Position numbers and translations under genes: made by a program | Sequence record: PP680570.1 | Source of the DNA: Enterococcus phage VRE9_4 | Reading direction: 5' to 3' (one strand) | DNA length: 64,000 bases | The notes under the pieces: model-generated | The model's database searches: none | Told to the model about the DNA's origin: nothing | What the model saw: the letters and a program-made list of their open reading frames with translations, nothing else | Shown: piece by piece, positions 10,286 through 21,427 of the stretch | Numbering within the stretch: position 1 is the first letter of the stretch | How the letters are laid out: every line of letters begins with the position of its first letter

Positions 10286-11401
10286 ATGGAAGGATTTAAA
10301 AAACACACTTTCCGTGACCATCAAGGGAATATTATACTTCCTGAAACAGTCTCAGAAATGGTAAGAGAAACACCAGATAGACGCTTTGTAGATAATTCAG
10401 AAAAACAAATTTTAACTAGATTTGGTGGTAAAATTGATATTGTTGATATGTTAATTACTAATGCAGAACCTATTCGAGCATTAGCTACACAAGAAGTTGC
10501 CTTAACTCAACTAATTGATAAAGTACCAAATAATTTCGAGGATATTGTTTTAACTACAGATGAACTATCACGTTTAGTTCCTTATATTTCACAATTAATT
10601 GAAAACTTAAGTTATCCACCAGTTGTAACTTCTACAACTTCAGGTTTATCTTATGCTTTACAAATTGATGATACAGATCCAAATAATTTAAAACTTAAAT
10701 TCGCACAACAATCTATTAATACAGGTCAACCATTAACTTATGTTAAGGGAGATAAATGGAAGGTTCAACCAGGAGTGCCAGATGTATTAGTTGAATTAGC
10801 ACCAACTCATATTGCTTTTGATAACTCCAGAAAAACTGTTTTAGTCTTTAACGAAGGCAAAAATTTGGTGGACGTACCAGAAGATGTATTTACAAATATA
10901 GTTAATGGTGTTCAAGAAGAAACTATTACTGCAGAAGATGATAATATCCCACAAGCATTTGTACGATTTGCGGTTCGTCACCAATTACAAGAATTATTTG
11001 CTACTTCTAAAAGTTTAGAAAATACTATTTCAAACTTTACTATTGAAGTATTATCTCAACCAATGGAAGGCACAACAAGTGCATTAACGCAAGCTTATAT
11101 GAACGGCAATGTAGTACAACCAGTTCGAGAAGCAAATAAAAAAGAAGATTATACTGCTAATACTTTCCAAAATATTACATGGACAAATAGTTTAGATACT
11201 AATTTTATTAGAGAATGGCTAAATGACTCTGGTGAAGCAGCATTAGTTACTTATGGGAAGACTAATAATTCTATTAGTATCGCAAAGCCAACATTAAAAG
11301 TTTATATTAAAAATCCATATATTGGAAAAACATTAGTTGCTCAAAATAATATGGATGGTAAATTTAATATCTTAGATTGGGCTATTAGTGAAGAAGAATA
11401 A
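10286..11401 (+). CDS. Virion structural protein (putative baseplate/tail component), 371 aa
   Basis: Start revised from track 10229 to ATG 10286, preceded by AAAAGGAGGAAAAGGATA. Late operon context. Confidence 0.4.
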   Translation: MEGFKKHTFRDHQGNIILPETVSEMVRETPDRRFVDNSEKQILTRFGGKIDIVDMLITNAEPIRALATQEVALTQLIDKVPNNFEDIVLTTDELSRLVPYISQLIENLSYPPVVTSTTSGLSYALQIDDTDPNNLKLKFAQQSINTGQPLTYVKGDKWKVQPGVPDVLVELAPTHIAFDNSRKTVLVFNEGKNLVDVPEDVFTNIVNGVQEETITAEDDNIPQAFVRFAVRHQLQELFATSKSLENTISNFTIEVLSQPMEGTTSALTQAYMNGNVVQPVREANKKEDYTANTFQNITWTNSLDTNFIREWLNDSGEAALVTYGKTNNSISIAKPTLKVYIKNPYIGKTLVAQNNMDGKFNILDWAISEEE

Positions 11402-11426
11402 AAGAGAAAAAGGAGGAAAGAACTAA

Positions 11427-13625
11427 ATGGCTATTTATTATAATATTTTATACCCACCATTAGTTCCTATTACGCATCCTGCCTTTGAATTAGGAAAACC
11501 AACTGACACGTTTAGACTTTTTTTTGAACCAGCAGTTGGTAATAAAATTTCTGATTTTAAAGGAGGATTTATTAGAATCAGAAATGCTGAGACAGAAAAA
11601 AGTGCGCTATTACCAGTTGGAGAAGGATACCTAGATGATTTTATTCCTTTTAGAAATCCATTTGCTGAATATATTGATTTAAAAGATCCTTCAAAAAATA
11701 TAATTCAGCCAACTGGATATAATACTACAATGCCTTATGTACAAAAAAATACTAATGGAGAATATTTTATTGATATAAAGCAAGAAGCTTTTACTATGTC
11801 TGGCGCAGAAAAAGATGTTAGATATAAAATGCAAATTATGTTAACAACAGACTGGCTTTCCTCTACTAAGCCAAATGGAAGAGGAAATATTCAAACTTAC
11901 TCTAGTGATGTACAACAGTATGTAAATATTGATAAAACCACATACTTTGGAGGAAATTTAATTTCTAAGGGATTGTCTGAGTGGTCTACTATTTCTTTAA
12001 TTTCTCCTGTGAGTGAAGCAATTTATGAACTGCAATTTGATGGGAATAATATTTTTTCACCAATATTTGAATTTGTTGGTTCTAATATACAAGAAAATAT
12101 TAGAAATAACACAATGGCTAATTATCTTAAAGCTTATAGAATTGATATTTATAGAGCTAATGGAGATGAAAAAGAACTTTTTATTGATTCAAGTGATTGG
12201 ATTATCGGTCAAGAACCTTCAAATATTGAAATTAGATGGCAAAATGTAGTAGAATTAGAAGATAAGAATAAGTATATAGTTGAATTATCAATACAAACTG
12301 CCTGGGACCTAAGAAAAACATTTACTTATCATGTTACAACACAATTTGAAGGAAGCTTATTTAGGGGCTCAGTTAGTGTTGAAAACGATCATGATAATGC
12401 TCGTTCTAAAATCAAACTAAATATAAAAACACCTCTACAATGGGGACCAAAGGAAAACTTTGAAATTTCTCTTAACGACAGAGAATTTGCTGATGCAACT
12501 GGAGAAGTATCTGTACTTGAAGGAATCGACTTCTTTAATAAACAAGCTGCTATAGCAGGGGAAATGATAGTTTCTGGAATTAAACCAATAAAAACTTGGG
12601 AAGCAAAAGAAGACCGATGGTTCTTCAGATTAAAAGGACCAGAGATTTCTACAATTAATCCCTACCAAGAAGAATATCTAATGTATGCCCATACTGCTCC
12701 TCTTGGGAAAGATAAAGCTTCTGAAGGTCCTTACGAAGATGATATTATTATTAATCCTGTTATTGAAAGTCCATCAGGAGATATATATCTAACTTACCTA
12801 GATAGTTCTAAAACTCCTACAACAGAAGGAGGAATTATTGGAGGTATGGGAGGTATTGTTACTATTCCGAGCGAAGATTTACCAAGTTCGCATACCTTCT
12901 TCTATTTGGAAGATGAAAATCAACAACTATGGAAAACAACTGTTACAATTAATGGAGAATTCGTCACAGAACAATCTCATGAAAAAGATCCAACAGAATT
13001 TTTAAAACCTGTTTGTTTCTTTGATTCATATCATAATATTTTAGTAGTACCAAGAGTAGAGACAAATGGAACTATTGTTCTTGATACAGTTTACGAAAAT
13101 TATGTATTGGGCGAAAACGTCCGTCCAATGTATCTTAATGAATTTAGATTTGTTAAAAGAGTTTATGCTCTTGAACTTGGAAGAAAAACTCTATTAACTA
13201 CACAAACTTATAAAGCTTACATGAATGATTTTAATAAGAAGTTAAATAAGTGGGTTAAAATACAACCGACAAGAAAATATTATATGTACTTTTCTTGTAT
13301 TGATGGACAGATAAGATTAATAGTACGAGATTTATCCGCTGATGATAGCCAAAACAGTTTAGATAGATTTACATTAACTTATTCTGAAGGATTCATGAAC
13401 AGTGTTGGAATAAGTTCTGATATGTTTTTAACAACAACTGGTTTAGGTTCAGATTTCCTACCAAAAGTTGATTTAAGTGGCAAGGAAGTTCCTTATACAA
13501 TTACAGCAGATGAACGAGGAGTCTTAGGAACGGATGTTGGAAACATCTCTGCTGCAACAACACGTTCGAGAGACTTATTAACCAGTGACATTGAAGAATT
13601 AAAGAGTAAAGGAGAAATAGAATAA
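11427..13625 (+). CDS. Virion structural protein (putative baseplate/tail), 732 aa
   Basis: RBS AAAAGGAGGAAAGAACTAAATG. Late operon. Confidence 0.4.
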   Translation: MAIYYNILYPPLVPITHPAFELGKPTDTFRLFFEPAVGNKISDFKGGFIRIRNAETEKSALLPVGEGYLDDFIPFRNPFAEYIDLKDPSKNIIQPTGYNTTMPYVQKNTNGEYFIDIKQEAFTMSGAEKDVRYKMQIMLTTDWLSSTKPNGRGNIQTYSSDVQQYVNIDKTTYFGGNLISKGLSEWSTISLISPVSEAIYELQFDGNNIFSPIFEFVGSNIQENIRNNTMANYLKAYRIDIYRANGDEKELFIDSSDWIIGQEPSNIEIRWQNVVELEDKNKYIVELSIQTAWDLRKTFTYHVTTQFEGSLFRGSVSVENDHDNARSKIKLNIKTPLQWGPKENFEISLNDREFADATGEVSVLEGIDFFNKQAAIAGEMIVSGIKPIKTWEAKEDRWFFRLKGPEISTINPYQEEYLMYAHTAPLGKDKASEGPYEDDIIINPVIESPSGDIYLTYLDSSKTPTTEGGIIGGMGGIVTIPSEDLPSSHTFFYLEDENQQLWKTTVTINGEFVTEQSHEKDPTEFLKPVCFFDSYHNILVVPRVETNGTIVLDTVYENYVLGENVRPMYLNEFRFVKRVYALELGRKTLLTTQTYKAYMNDFNKKLNKWVKIQPTRKYYMYFSCIDGQIRLIVRDLSADDSQNSLDRFTLTYSEGFMNSVGISSDMFLTTTGLGSDFLPKVDLSGKEVPYTITADERGVLGTDVGNISAATTRSRDLLTSDIEELKSKGEIE

Positions 13626-14218
13626 TGGATAAAGTAGACTTAAAAATACAAGTACCCAGACGATTAGAAATTGATCCTCCAGCTAATGTGGGACCTTCTA
13701 AATTCCCTAGTGTTGTAGATCAATTAAAAGTAATTGAATATTCAAGTGTTCCTTCTGGGGGACAACTAGAAAAAGACTTACATGATTATTATGCTATCTT
13801 AGCGAACGTATCAAACAATACAGCGTCAGAGCAAGACTTTGTAAAACTTAAAGAGTTGATGTTGAGAGTTCGTAATTATGTTTTGACGGAAGATGATTTT
13901 AATCTAATGGCTGATGCTATTAGAACTACACAGTCTTATTTAAAAGCATCAATTGAAGCTGCAGATGGCAACTATGAACTAATTTCAATTGTTGCTCAAC
14001 AATTGGTAGATCAAATCAATGAATGGAGTCTATGGCTTCAAGATGAACTAGCAAAAGTAGCAGCCAATAAAAATTGGGGTGCGCCAGTAATTTATAGCGA
14101 AAATAGCCCAGGACCTTCTGCTCTTGGATATTTGTGGGCCCAACCACAAGACGATACCTACATTGCTCCGGCAATTACTTTTAACCCTGACGAAGACTTA
14201 AATGATTATCCACAATAA
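13625..14218 (+). CDS. Structural or assembly protein, 197 aa
   Basis: ATG overlaps the upstream stop (TAATG). Late operon. Confidence 0.4.
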   Translation: MDKVDLKIQVPRRLEIDPPANVGPSKFPSVVDQLKVIEYSSVPSGGQLEKDLHDYYAILANVSNNTASEQDFVKLKELMLRVRNYVLTEDDFNLMADAIRTTQSYLKASIEAADGNYELISIVAQQLVDQINEWSLWLQDELAKVAANKNWGAPVIYSENSPGPSALGYLWAQPQDDTYIAPAITFNPDEDLNDYPQ

Positions 14219-14232
14219 GGAGGTAGATATAA

Positions 14233-16086
14233 ATGGCAGTACCATTTGCTTCATTTAAAGAATATGGTAATGACGACTTACAACTATACTATCCCTTATT
14301 AATGACTTCTCCAGCTATTCCACAGGCTGGAGATAGTTATCTTTCTGATATAGCTTTAAGAGATATTTCAATTAAATCTATATATATGGAAGGTGGTCAT
14401 ATGGAGCCTAATTTAGATTGGGATGGTAGTCGTTACGATTGGGCTTCTGGAGTTACAGAAATACAATCAGACTTTGTTGACGCAGGAGGAGAATCTCCAA
14501 CAGGTAATTTTAACCTATTAAAGAATACAGCTTTGTCAACTTTTCAAAGTACTCATTGGACTTCAGTTTTTGAAAAACCTTATGTAGAGGGTTCTGATGA
14601 TATTGAACAACCTTATAATTGGGTTTATTCTAAATCTGAACCTTCTGACCATAGTAAAATTTGGGTAGATACAAGAGAAGAAACTATAGAACCTAAATAT
14701 TATCAAAATGGCTGGAAAAATTATTATGATTTTAAACAAAAAGAGTTTAAAGGTGAGGTTGGATTAGTAGAAAATAAAAGAAATGGAAACGCCTTTAGAA
14801 TTTATAAAGCTCCTAAAATTAATGCTAACATAGGAATCGCTCAATTTGTACCATTAAAAATAGTTCTGTGGCAAGGAGATGCTATTACAGTTGGCTTTAA
14901 CCTTAGTGAGAAAACTGATTCAGGTGGAGCAGTAATTCGTATAGAATTCTATGATAATAATAGACAGTTAATTCAAACAAAATATTCTCCTAGATTCTTT
15001 AATAAAACTGAAGAAAGTAAACATTTTGGACATCCTTTTATTTTTACAGACCGAACAAAAGCAGCTGCTTTTATTAGGGTTTCTATTCTTGGAGTAGAAG
15101 ATCGAAAAAGTGAATTACAAGTAAATAGAATTAAAGCAGAAATAGGTATGGAAGATACAGGATGGAATTTGCATGAAGAAGAATTATTGTTAAATCTTAA
15201 TGCAGGAGAAATAGACGTTCCAATGCTGAATGGAGAGGTTGATAAATCTAAATTAATTTCTGAAATTGCAATCTTGCGTTCTGTTTTGGGAGAAGGATTG
15301 CTGAAATGGGAAGAAGTAACTAGACTAAAATCTAGTTCAGTACAAGAAGCAATCTTATATGATTATTTTATAGAAAATGGTAATTACTATCGATATGCTT
15401 TACAACCTATATTAGCCAACGGAATGAAAGGTGCTATTACTTCATTCTACGATACTGTGACTACTTTTGATGGTTTCTGGTTGCTAGGAGAAAAAGATGA
15501 ACAGTTTTCATTTATTTATAATGGTAAAATTGGAGAAATCTCCTATGTAAAACCTAGAGATGTTATTCAAACTATTGCAGGGCAATATCCATATTTTGTA
15601 ACCTCTTCTGAATTAGATTATAGAACATATCAATTTTCTGGTACATTAACTTATCATCAAGATGTTCACAAATTACTTACTTCTGATAGTTATTCTGTCG
15701 CAATATCTCCAGATCCAACTATTCCTATTAGTTATGTAGAACTAAAATATGGAGATGAAATGTTGCTTAATATGAAGAACGATTTAGAAGAAGTACAAGA
15801 TGGTATGGTAATGCAAAGAATTTGGAGAAACAAAATTTTAGCATGGTTAAATGATGGAAAACCTAAAATTCTTAAATCAGAAGCTCAAGGGAATATGTTA
15901 GTAATGTTGACAAATATTAAGGTTACCCCAAATGAACCAACGTTTGGTTTAATTTCTGATTTTGAATGTACTGTTACTGAAATTGGAAAACTTGATGAAA
16001 AAGCATTACAAAAATATAAACTTCGTAAATCTTCTATTATGAAGGATGAGCTTGTAAAAGAAGCTATGAAAAATACTTCATTCTAA
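14233..16086 (+). CDS. Virion structural protein, 617 aa
   Basis: RBS AAGGAGGtagatataaATG. Confidence 0.4.
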   Translation: MAVPFASFKEYGNDDLQLYYPLLMTSPAIPQAGDSYLSDIALRDISIKSIYMEGGHMEPNLDWDGSRYDWASGVTEIQSDFVDAGGESPTGNFNLLKNTALSTFQSTHWTSVFEKPYVEGSDDIEQPYNWVYSKSEPSDHSKIWVDTREETIEPKYYQNGWKNYYDFKQKEFKGEVGLVENKRNGNAFRIYKAPKINANIGIAQFVPLKIVLWQGDAITVGFNLSEKTDSGGAVIRIEFYDNNRQLIQTKYSPRFFNKTEESKHFGHPFIFTDRTKAAAFIRVSILGVEDRKSELQVNRIKAEIGMEDTGWNLHEEELLLNLNAGEIDVPMLNGEVDKSKLISEIAILRSVLGEGLLKWEEVTRLKSSSVQEAILYDYFIENGNYYRYALQPILANGMKGAITSFYDTVTTFDGFWLLGEKDEQFSFIYNGKIGEISYVKPRDVIQTIAGQYPYFVTSSELDYRTYQFSGTLTYHQDVHKLLTSDSYSVAISPDPTIPISYVELKYGDEMLLNMKNDLEEVQDGMVMQRIWRNKILAWLNDGKPKILKSEAQGNMLVMLTNIKVTPNEPTFGLISDFECTVTEIGKLDEKALQKYKLRKSSIMKDELVKEAMKNTSF

Positions 16087-16097
16087 TAAATAAAATT

Positions 16098-16137
16098 AAA
16101 CTGGGGAACTTGTGATAGTACCCAGTTTAATTTTTTT
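16098..16137 (+). terminator. Hairpin AAACTGGG...CCCAGTTT + T-run after 617-aa gene
   Basis: 8-bp stem, T7 run. Confidence 0.45.
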
Positions 16138-16183
16138 ATATAAAAGAGAAACTTTACATACCAAGAGCAAAGGAGAGAAAGTA

Positions 16184-18949
16184 ATGAATGAAAATATTAA
16201 CGTTAAGCAGTACCCTACTTCTTTTTTAGAAGAACTTTTTGAACATAATATTAGAGTAGTGCATACTAAGATACAGCTACTTAATTGGGACGAACAAGTT
16301 TTAAAAGAAATACAAGGTATTGTAAAAAGTGGAAGTTATAATGCTGATGGAACAAGTCGAGTAAGAAGAAATTTATCTCTAACTTTTAGTGTAAAAGATA
16401 GAGACGATGAATTGGTTTATAAATATCTAACCCCAGATAAAAAAATAAAATTATATATAGGATTAGAAAACCAAACTTCTCGTTATCAAGAAGATGAAAT
16501 TATATGGTTTAATATGGGGATCTTTATTTTAACCGAACCATCTTATTCTCATTCTGTTGATACAGCAACTATATCAATTAATGCGCAAGATAAAATGACT
16601 ATGCTAAATGGTACATTAGGAGGCCGCCTTCCAGCCCCAGTAAGTTTTGTAGAAAAAAGAAATGGTAAGAATTATTCCTTCTCTTGGAGAGATATTTTCT
16701 TAAGTGCAGCAGTGAACTTTGGGAATGAGAATCCAGCAAAGGTTATTATTGATTCTGTTCCAGATTATATAAATGAATATACGCAAGTAAAAAATGTGGC
16801 TGGATTAAAAGATAAATTTATTCATATTAATGCTCCTGGAGATGTAGATGGGGAAAGAATTATTACTAGAGCGTGGAGCCCAACTGTTCCAGAAACAGAA
16901 ATTAATTTTTCAAAGGGAGATAGAATCTATAAATTGCGCAGATTTGGTCCACCTGACCCTTCAGCAGGAACGGTAAGTACTCAAGAATCTTATCAAAAGA
17001 ATGTAAACGAACCATTAACTTCTATTTTTGAAGATATTGTAGAAGCTATGAGTAATACTCATGAATTTTTTTATACTCGTGATGGGGATTTAATGTTTCA
17101 GCCTATTAAGAACTATGTTAACGAAGTATTTGATCCTGAAAAAGATACAGATTTAGGATATTTTGCTTATGAATTAGATATGGATGATTTTATTCCTAAT
17201 TATTTAGGTCTTCCTTTTACCTATAATTTTGCCGATAAAAAGACTATTATTAGATATAATAACAATCCTAGTTATACAAATATCAAAAATGATTTTATAG
17301 CAACTAGAGAAACAGGAGAAATTTTAGAAATAGCAATAGACCATAAACCAACAATTAGAGAGATTAAGGAATGGTTTGTTGGAGTTGCAGAAGATTTTAA
17401 TATGGATTCTCCAGAAATGGATTTTTTAGCAAAAGATGGAAGAAGAAGGGAGCCATATAACCCTCAAACTAATACAGTTCCTTTTGAATTTAAAGAAGCC
17501 ACAGCAGGAAAACCAACACAATATATTGAAGTTCCTTTAGATAAAATTCCATGGCAAATTGGTTTAGGGCTTAAAAATTATTTTATTAGAAATATCTATG
17601 GCGCTTCTACTGCAAGAGTTCTTCCTAGATGGGGAAAAGAATGCGAATCAATGATTTTTAAATGGATTGCATCTGAAGATAAAAAAACTTTGTTGCCAAA
17701 TACTGGAATTTTTAATCCATCTTTTATTTCTGTCGGAACTCCATGGTTGGCAGGTTATCCTATGGCTGCAAGCGCAAACACAGAAAATGATGTTGAGTCT
17801 TTAGATAAACAGAATCCTATTTTTACCGATAAGGGTGATTCGGCTTATTGGACTTACTTTCTTGATATTATACCAACAGAATCTAAATTGGGCAAATATT
17901 CTATTGAATTAATTGGTAAACGTTCTATTGGAGTTTCTAATAAACAGGCGACTACCATTTTTAGAACAAACCCTAAAGAATTAATTGTTATTACAGAAAC
18001 AGAATTACAAGATTTAGGCGGAGATATGATATTAGATAATTTAAAAGCACAAGGAGAAGCTTATGCAGTAATTAGAGATATACAAGATCAATTCTTTATG
18101 CCAACAGCAATAACAAAAAATAAAAATGTTATGCCTTATAGTGCTATGGTTGGAGACCCAGGGCGGTTTGAACAATTACGGTATATGTTTGCAGAAGGTA
18201 ATGGAACAGTTCACGAATATCTAGCTGGTGGTAAACATACTGGTACTATTGGGGTAAATAAGAATATGCAAGATCAAGATAAACCTGGATATGTTACAAT
18301 TTCTGCTGGGGTATACACCAATCCAGTTACAAAAAGACAGTTTACTCAAACAGATTTTGCAACCATAAATACTCCTTTTGGTAGTGAAAAAGATTTAACG
18401 GAATATGGTTTTATTGCTTATCTATTGAATAAAAACAGTCGTTGCCCTGATAGTGGGAATCATAATTATTTTGCTGTAGTTAAAAATATAGGTACTCAAT
18501 GGTACTATGCTAAACAAAATAATGGAAAACCCACATGGACTAAATTTAATTGGGATAAAACTAATGACTTTTTGGTAGCAGTATTAAGTAAAACTGTTTA
18601 TAAAGGAAGTGCAGATTTCCCTGATTGGTCCAGTGGTAGAATTGATGATTTTCAAGAATTATTTAATATTAGAGATTCTAAAATGGACAATTTATTTACT
18701 ATTGATGGAGCGGTTGATTTATTTTCTTCTGTTAGAAATTTAATCTATCAACATACTAATACTTCAGATGTAGTAACAATAGATGTATTACCAGTCTATC
18801 ATTTAGAACCAAATACATTAATTTATGCAGAAGATGAAATTTCAAATATATCAGGAATGTTTATGATAACAGGATATTCTATACAATTAAATACAGAAGG
18901 AAGTCCAACAATGAATATTTCTGCAATACAAACAAATCCAGCTATATAA
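16184..18949 (+). CDS. Virion structural protein, about 921 aa
   Basis: Start revised from track 16112, which lies inside the upstream terminator hairpin, to ATG 16184 after AAGGAGAGAAAGTA. Last gene of the + late block, followed by a bidirectional terminator. Confidence 0.4.
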   Translation: MNENINVKQYPTSFLEELFEHNIRVVHTKIQLLNWDEQVLKEIQGIVKSGSYNADGTSRVRRNLSLTFSVKDRDDELVYKYLTPDKKIKLYIGLENQTSRYQEDEIIWFNMGIFILTEPSYSHSVDTATISINAQDKMTMLNGTLGGRLPAPVSFVEKRNGKNYSFSWRDIFLSAAVNFGNENPAKVIIDSVPDYINEYTQVKNVAGLKDKFIHINAPGDVDGERIITRAWSPTVPETEINFSKGDRIYKLRRFGPPDPSAGTVSTQESYQKNVNEPLTSIFEDIVEAMSNTHEFFYTRDGDLMFQPIKNYVNEVFDPEKDTDLGYFAYELDMDDFIPNYLGLPFTYNFADKKTIIRYNNNPSYTNIKNDFIATRETGEILEIAIDHKPTIREIKEWFVGVAEDFNMDSPEMDFLAKDGRRREPYNPQTNTVPFEFKEATAGKPTQYIEVPLDKIPWQIGLGLKNYFIRNIYGASTARVLPRWGKECESMIFKWIASEDKKTLLPNTGIFNPSFISVGTPWLAGYPMAASANTENDVESLDKQNPIFTDKGDSAYWTYFLDIIPTESKLGKYSIELIGKRSIGVSNKQATTIFRTNPKELIVITETELQDLGGDMILDNLKAQGEAYAVIRDIQDQFFMPTAITKNKNVMPYSAMVGDPGRFEQLRYMFAEGNGTVHEYLAGGKHTGTIGVNKNMQDQDKPGYVTISAGVYTNPVTKRQFTQTDFATINTPFGSEKDLTEYGFIAYLLNKNSRCPDSGNHNYFAVVKNIGTQWYYAKQNNGKPTWTKFNWDKTNDFLVAVLSKTVYKGSADFPDWSSGRIDDFQELFNIRDSKMDNLFTIDGAVDLFSSVRNLIYQHTNTSDVVTIDVLPVYHLEPNTLIYAEDEISNISGMFMITGYSIQLNTEGSPTMNISAIQTNPAI

Positions 18950-18978
18950 AAAAAGAGACCGTATAGGTCTCTTTTTTA
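18947..18978. terminator. Bidirectional terminator between convergent late (+) and early (-) blocks
   Basis: AAAAAAGAGACC-gtata-GGTCTCTTTTTT. Confidence 0.7.
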
Positions 18979-19461
18979 GTTCCAATTAATTTCTTGGTGT
19001 GAAGCATAATAACCAATCATAATTGCATCTGCTTCGTCTTGTGTTGCAGTAATATCAAATATTTCTAACACTTTAGCTTGAGCATTTCTTTTTTGTTCTA
19101 TTCTATTTTTACCTTTAATCTTAGCAAACCCTTTCCATTGAGAAGCATAGATAAAATCAAAATGAATTTCTGGATGAGCTTCTAAAACCCCAACAGCAAG
19201 AGCGCCTTGTAGTTGAGCTAATTGTTTAAAAGTAGTTTTATTTTGTTGCATTTGAATATCTTCAAACATTATTTTTATTTCTTCTTTAGGATATTTTTCT
19301 TTGGTATATTCAATTAATGCTAATACATTTGCTTTCTGTTTTGAATATCTTGAGAAATCATCTCCTTCAGCAGAAAATTTTCCATAGGCAATTAATTCTT
19401 GATTCTTATAAACAGAATAACCTGTTACAACTGTTGCTTGGTCTAAACCTATAAAAATCAT
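18976..19461 (-). CDS. RuvC-like Holliday junction resolvase
   Basis: N-terminus IGLDQATVVTGYSV and C-terminal 'DEADAIMIGYYASH', as in RuvC-family phage resolvases. Confidence 0.7.
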   Translation of the reverse strand: MIFIGLDQATVVTGYSVYKNQELIAYGKFSAEGDDFSRYSKQKANVLALIEYTKEKYPKEEIKIMFEDIQMQQNKTTFKQLAQLQGALAVGVLEAHPEIHFDFIYASQWKGFAKIKGKNRIEQKRNAQAKVLEIFDITATQDEADAIMIGYYASHQEINWN

Positions 19462-19544
19462 ATTAAAACACCTCCCTACTAATAAATAGTAAAGAGGTGA
19501 GACATGTTGTCTTTTTTTGTCCTATATAAGAATATAAAAATTAA

Positions 19545-20342
19545 TTATTTTACTCCCGTACTTCCGTGCCCACCAAGACGTTCTCCTTGGGCATTATCGT
19601 CGTCTACCAACAAGAATTTTGAAAATACTCCTTGTCCAATACGCTCTCCTTTTTTAATATAGATAGTTTCAGGTCCAAAATTTAGAAATTGGAACATGAT
19701 ATGACCGTCATTATCAGGATTGCTATAGTAATCACCATCAATAACTCCCACGCCATTTGTTAAAACTAAGAAACGTTTCAATGGATTTGAAGAACGATTG
19801 AATAAAGCTAAATATTCATCTGGCTCCATATAAGCTTTTACTCCTGTTGGAACTAAAACTGGTTTAAATTGCTTACTTAAAGTTTTAATTTCTGAAACAG
19901 CTTCATCACTTAATAACTCTTTTAGAATTTCATTGTTTTGATTTTCTAAATTTAGAGTATTAAATAATGCTGTATAAGAGGCAGGGTCCGAAGCTAATTC
20001 TTCTAAATCAATACCCTTATCTTTTAAAAGCTGAGTAATCTTGCTAAGGAAATCTGTAACTTTAGAAAATAGTTCTAAAGATTCAACTTCTGTTAAATGT
20101 TCCATAACTTGACTAATTGAATCTGGGTCTTGTAAATCAATATTAAATCCAAATAAATCTTTAGAAAGAATACTTGAAATTGACTTTTTATGAATTTCTT
20201 TGACATCCCAAATCGAAGGAATTACAATATCATCTGATGCTTCAAAATCATATCCTGCTGCACGAGCAGTTGCTCGAACAGGCAGGTTAATATTTTTATC
20301 TTCAAAACCTTTTGCTACTTCAAATCCACGTACTTTTGTCAT
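19545..20342 (-). CDS. dut: dUTPase (trimeric type) carrying a ~100-aa helical insertion between motifs I and II
   Basis: Motifs AAGYDF (I), PTG...RSS (II), GVIDGDYY (III), ERIGQG (IV), RLGGHGSTG (V). 265 aa versus about 150-170 aa typical. Confidence 0.7.
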   Translation of the reverse strand: MTKVRGFEVAKGFEDKNINLPVRATARAAGYDFEASDDIVIPSIWDVKEIHKKSISSILSKDLFGFNIDLQDPDSISQVMEHLTEVESLELFSKVTDFLSKITQLLKDKGIDLEELASDPASYTALFNTLNLENQNNEILKELLSDEAVSEIKTLSKQFKPVLVPTGVKAYMEPDEYLALFNRSSNPLKRFLVLTNGVGVIDGDYYSNPDNDGHIMFQFLNFGPETIYIKKGERIGQGVFSKFLLVDDDNAQGERLGGHGSTGVK

Positions 20343-20344
20343 AA

Positions 20345-20812
20345 TTATTTAGTCTCCTTTTTATCTTTTTGTGTAAAATCTTTAATTGATTCAACAATCC
20401 AATCATTGCTAACTAACTTAAAATAAGTAAGTCCAATATAAAGTCCAAGCTCTCCATGAGAAGTCTTATCCATATCAATATCTCGTACATCCATCATATC
20501 GATCATATCAGCTTCTACAATATCATTTTCATTTTTATCTTTAATATTTTCTTTTGGTTGGCAAAAACTAGAATCTTTTAAATAACCTAAGATATGTTGA
20601 GCCACTTCCTTATCTGTAGACTCAGTTCGATCAAAAATCACATTATAGTTAATATCTCGTGAATTAAGCCAAAAATATTTTCCAAAAGATTTTCTAACAA
20701 AGGTTAGAATAGCTTGATAAATATCTTCTTCCGATAATTTCGGTGCCTCCTTTAAAGCTTGTGTAATTAAATCCGATTTTTTCATTGTTTGTCCATCATT
20801 TTTCTTTTTCAT
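20345..20812 (-). CDS. Hypothetical protein
   Basis: ORF packed tightly between the dUTPase and kinase genes. Confidence 0.4.
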   Translation of the reverse strand: MKKKNDGQTMKKSDLITQALKEAPKLSEEDIYQAILTFVRKSFGKYFWLNSRDINYNVIFDRTESTDKEVAQHILGYLKDSSFCQPKENIKDKNENDIVEADMIDMMDVRDIDMDKTSHGELGLYIGLTYFKLVSNDWIVESIKDFTQKDKKETK

Positions 20813-20817
20813 ATTAA

Positions 20818-21396
20818 TTATTCTCCTTTTAATTTTTCCATAATTTTATCTTGTAAAGCACTTAATGCCATCCATACAAAGGGTGTATCTGAAAAATAGT
20901 AAGCATCTGGTTTTCTATCAATTTCAGCATAATCTTTTTTATCTGCTTCAATTCGCCGTTTGATTTCATTTACATCAGGGTTCTTTTGTCTACCCTTTGC
21001 TCGTTCCATTCTAATTTTTTCGTCTGCTACAATTTCTATTAACATAACATTTGTATCATCTGACTTACCTACCCAATCAGCTACTTCAAATGCAGTTTCT
21101 TTTTCGCAAGTCATTAAATAAATAGATTCTTTATCTCTAGCTTGAGCAGTAATACCAAAGTAAACACCATAATTCCAATTATTAAATACCTTAGGAAATA
21201 GAATTTCTTTTTTTTCTACTCCTTTTTGAAAAACCTCATCAGTTAAAAATTGATAATAAGATTCTTCTTTGTCAGAACGCTTAGGTCTTGTTGTTGGTCG
21301 TTTGGCTAAATAAGCATCTACGCCAAGAGAGCCAAGTAATTTCCTTGCAATATAATCTTTACCAGCTCCTGTTTGTCCATATAAGATTACTAACAT
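20818..21396 (-). CDS. P-loop nucleotide kinase (dNMP kinase / guanylate-kinase-like)
   Basis: Walker A 'YGQTGAGKDY' resembles T4 gp1 'SGKDT'. 'TTRPKR' motif. Consensus promoter immediately upstream. Confidence 0.5.
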   Translation of the reverse strand: MLVILYGQTGAGKDYIARKLLGSLGVDAYLAKRPTTRPKRSDKEESYYQFLTDEVFQKGVEKKEILFPKVFNNWNYGVYFGITAQARDKESIYLMTCEKETAFEVADWVGKSDDTNVMLIEIVADEKIRMERAKGRQKNPDVNEIKRRIEADKKDYAEIDRKPDAYYFSDTPFVWMALSALQDKIMEKLKGE

Positions 21397-21427
21397 TTTA
21401 TCTCTCCTTGTTTTAACTTTATAATTA

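Noticed and set aside
16112-16183. Track start of the 945-aa ORF at 16112
   Set aside because: The first 24 codons overlap the upstream terminator hairpin and have no RBS. ATG 16184 has AAGGAGAGAAAGTA upstream.
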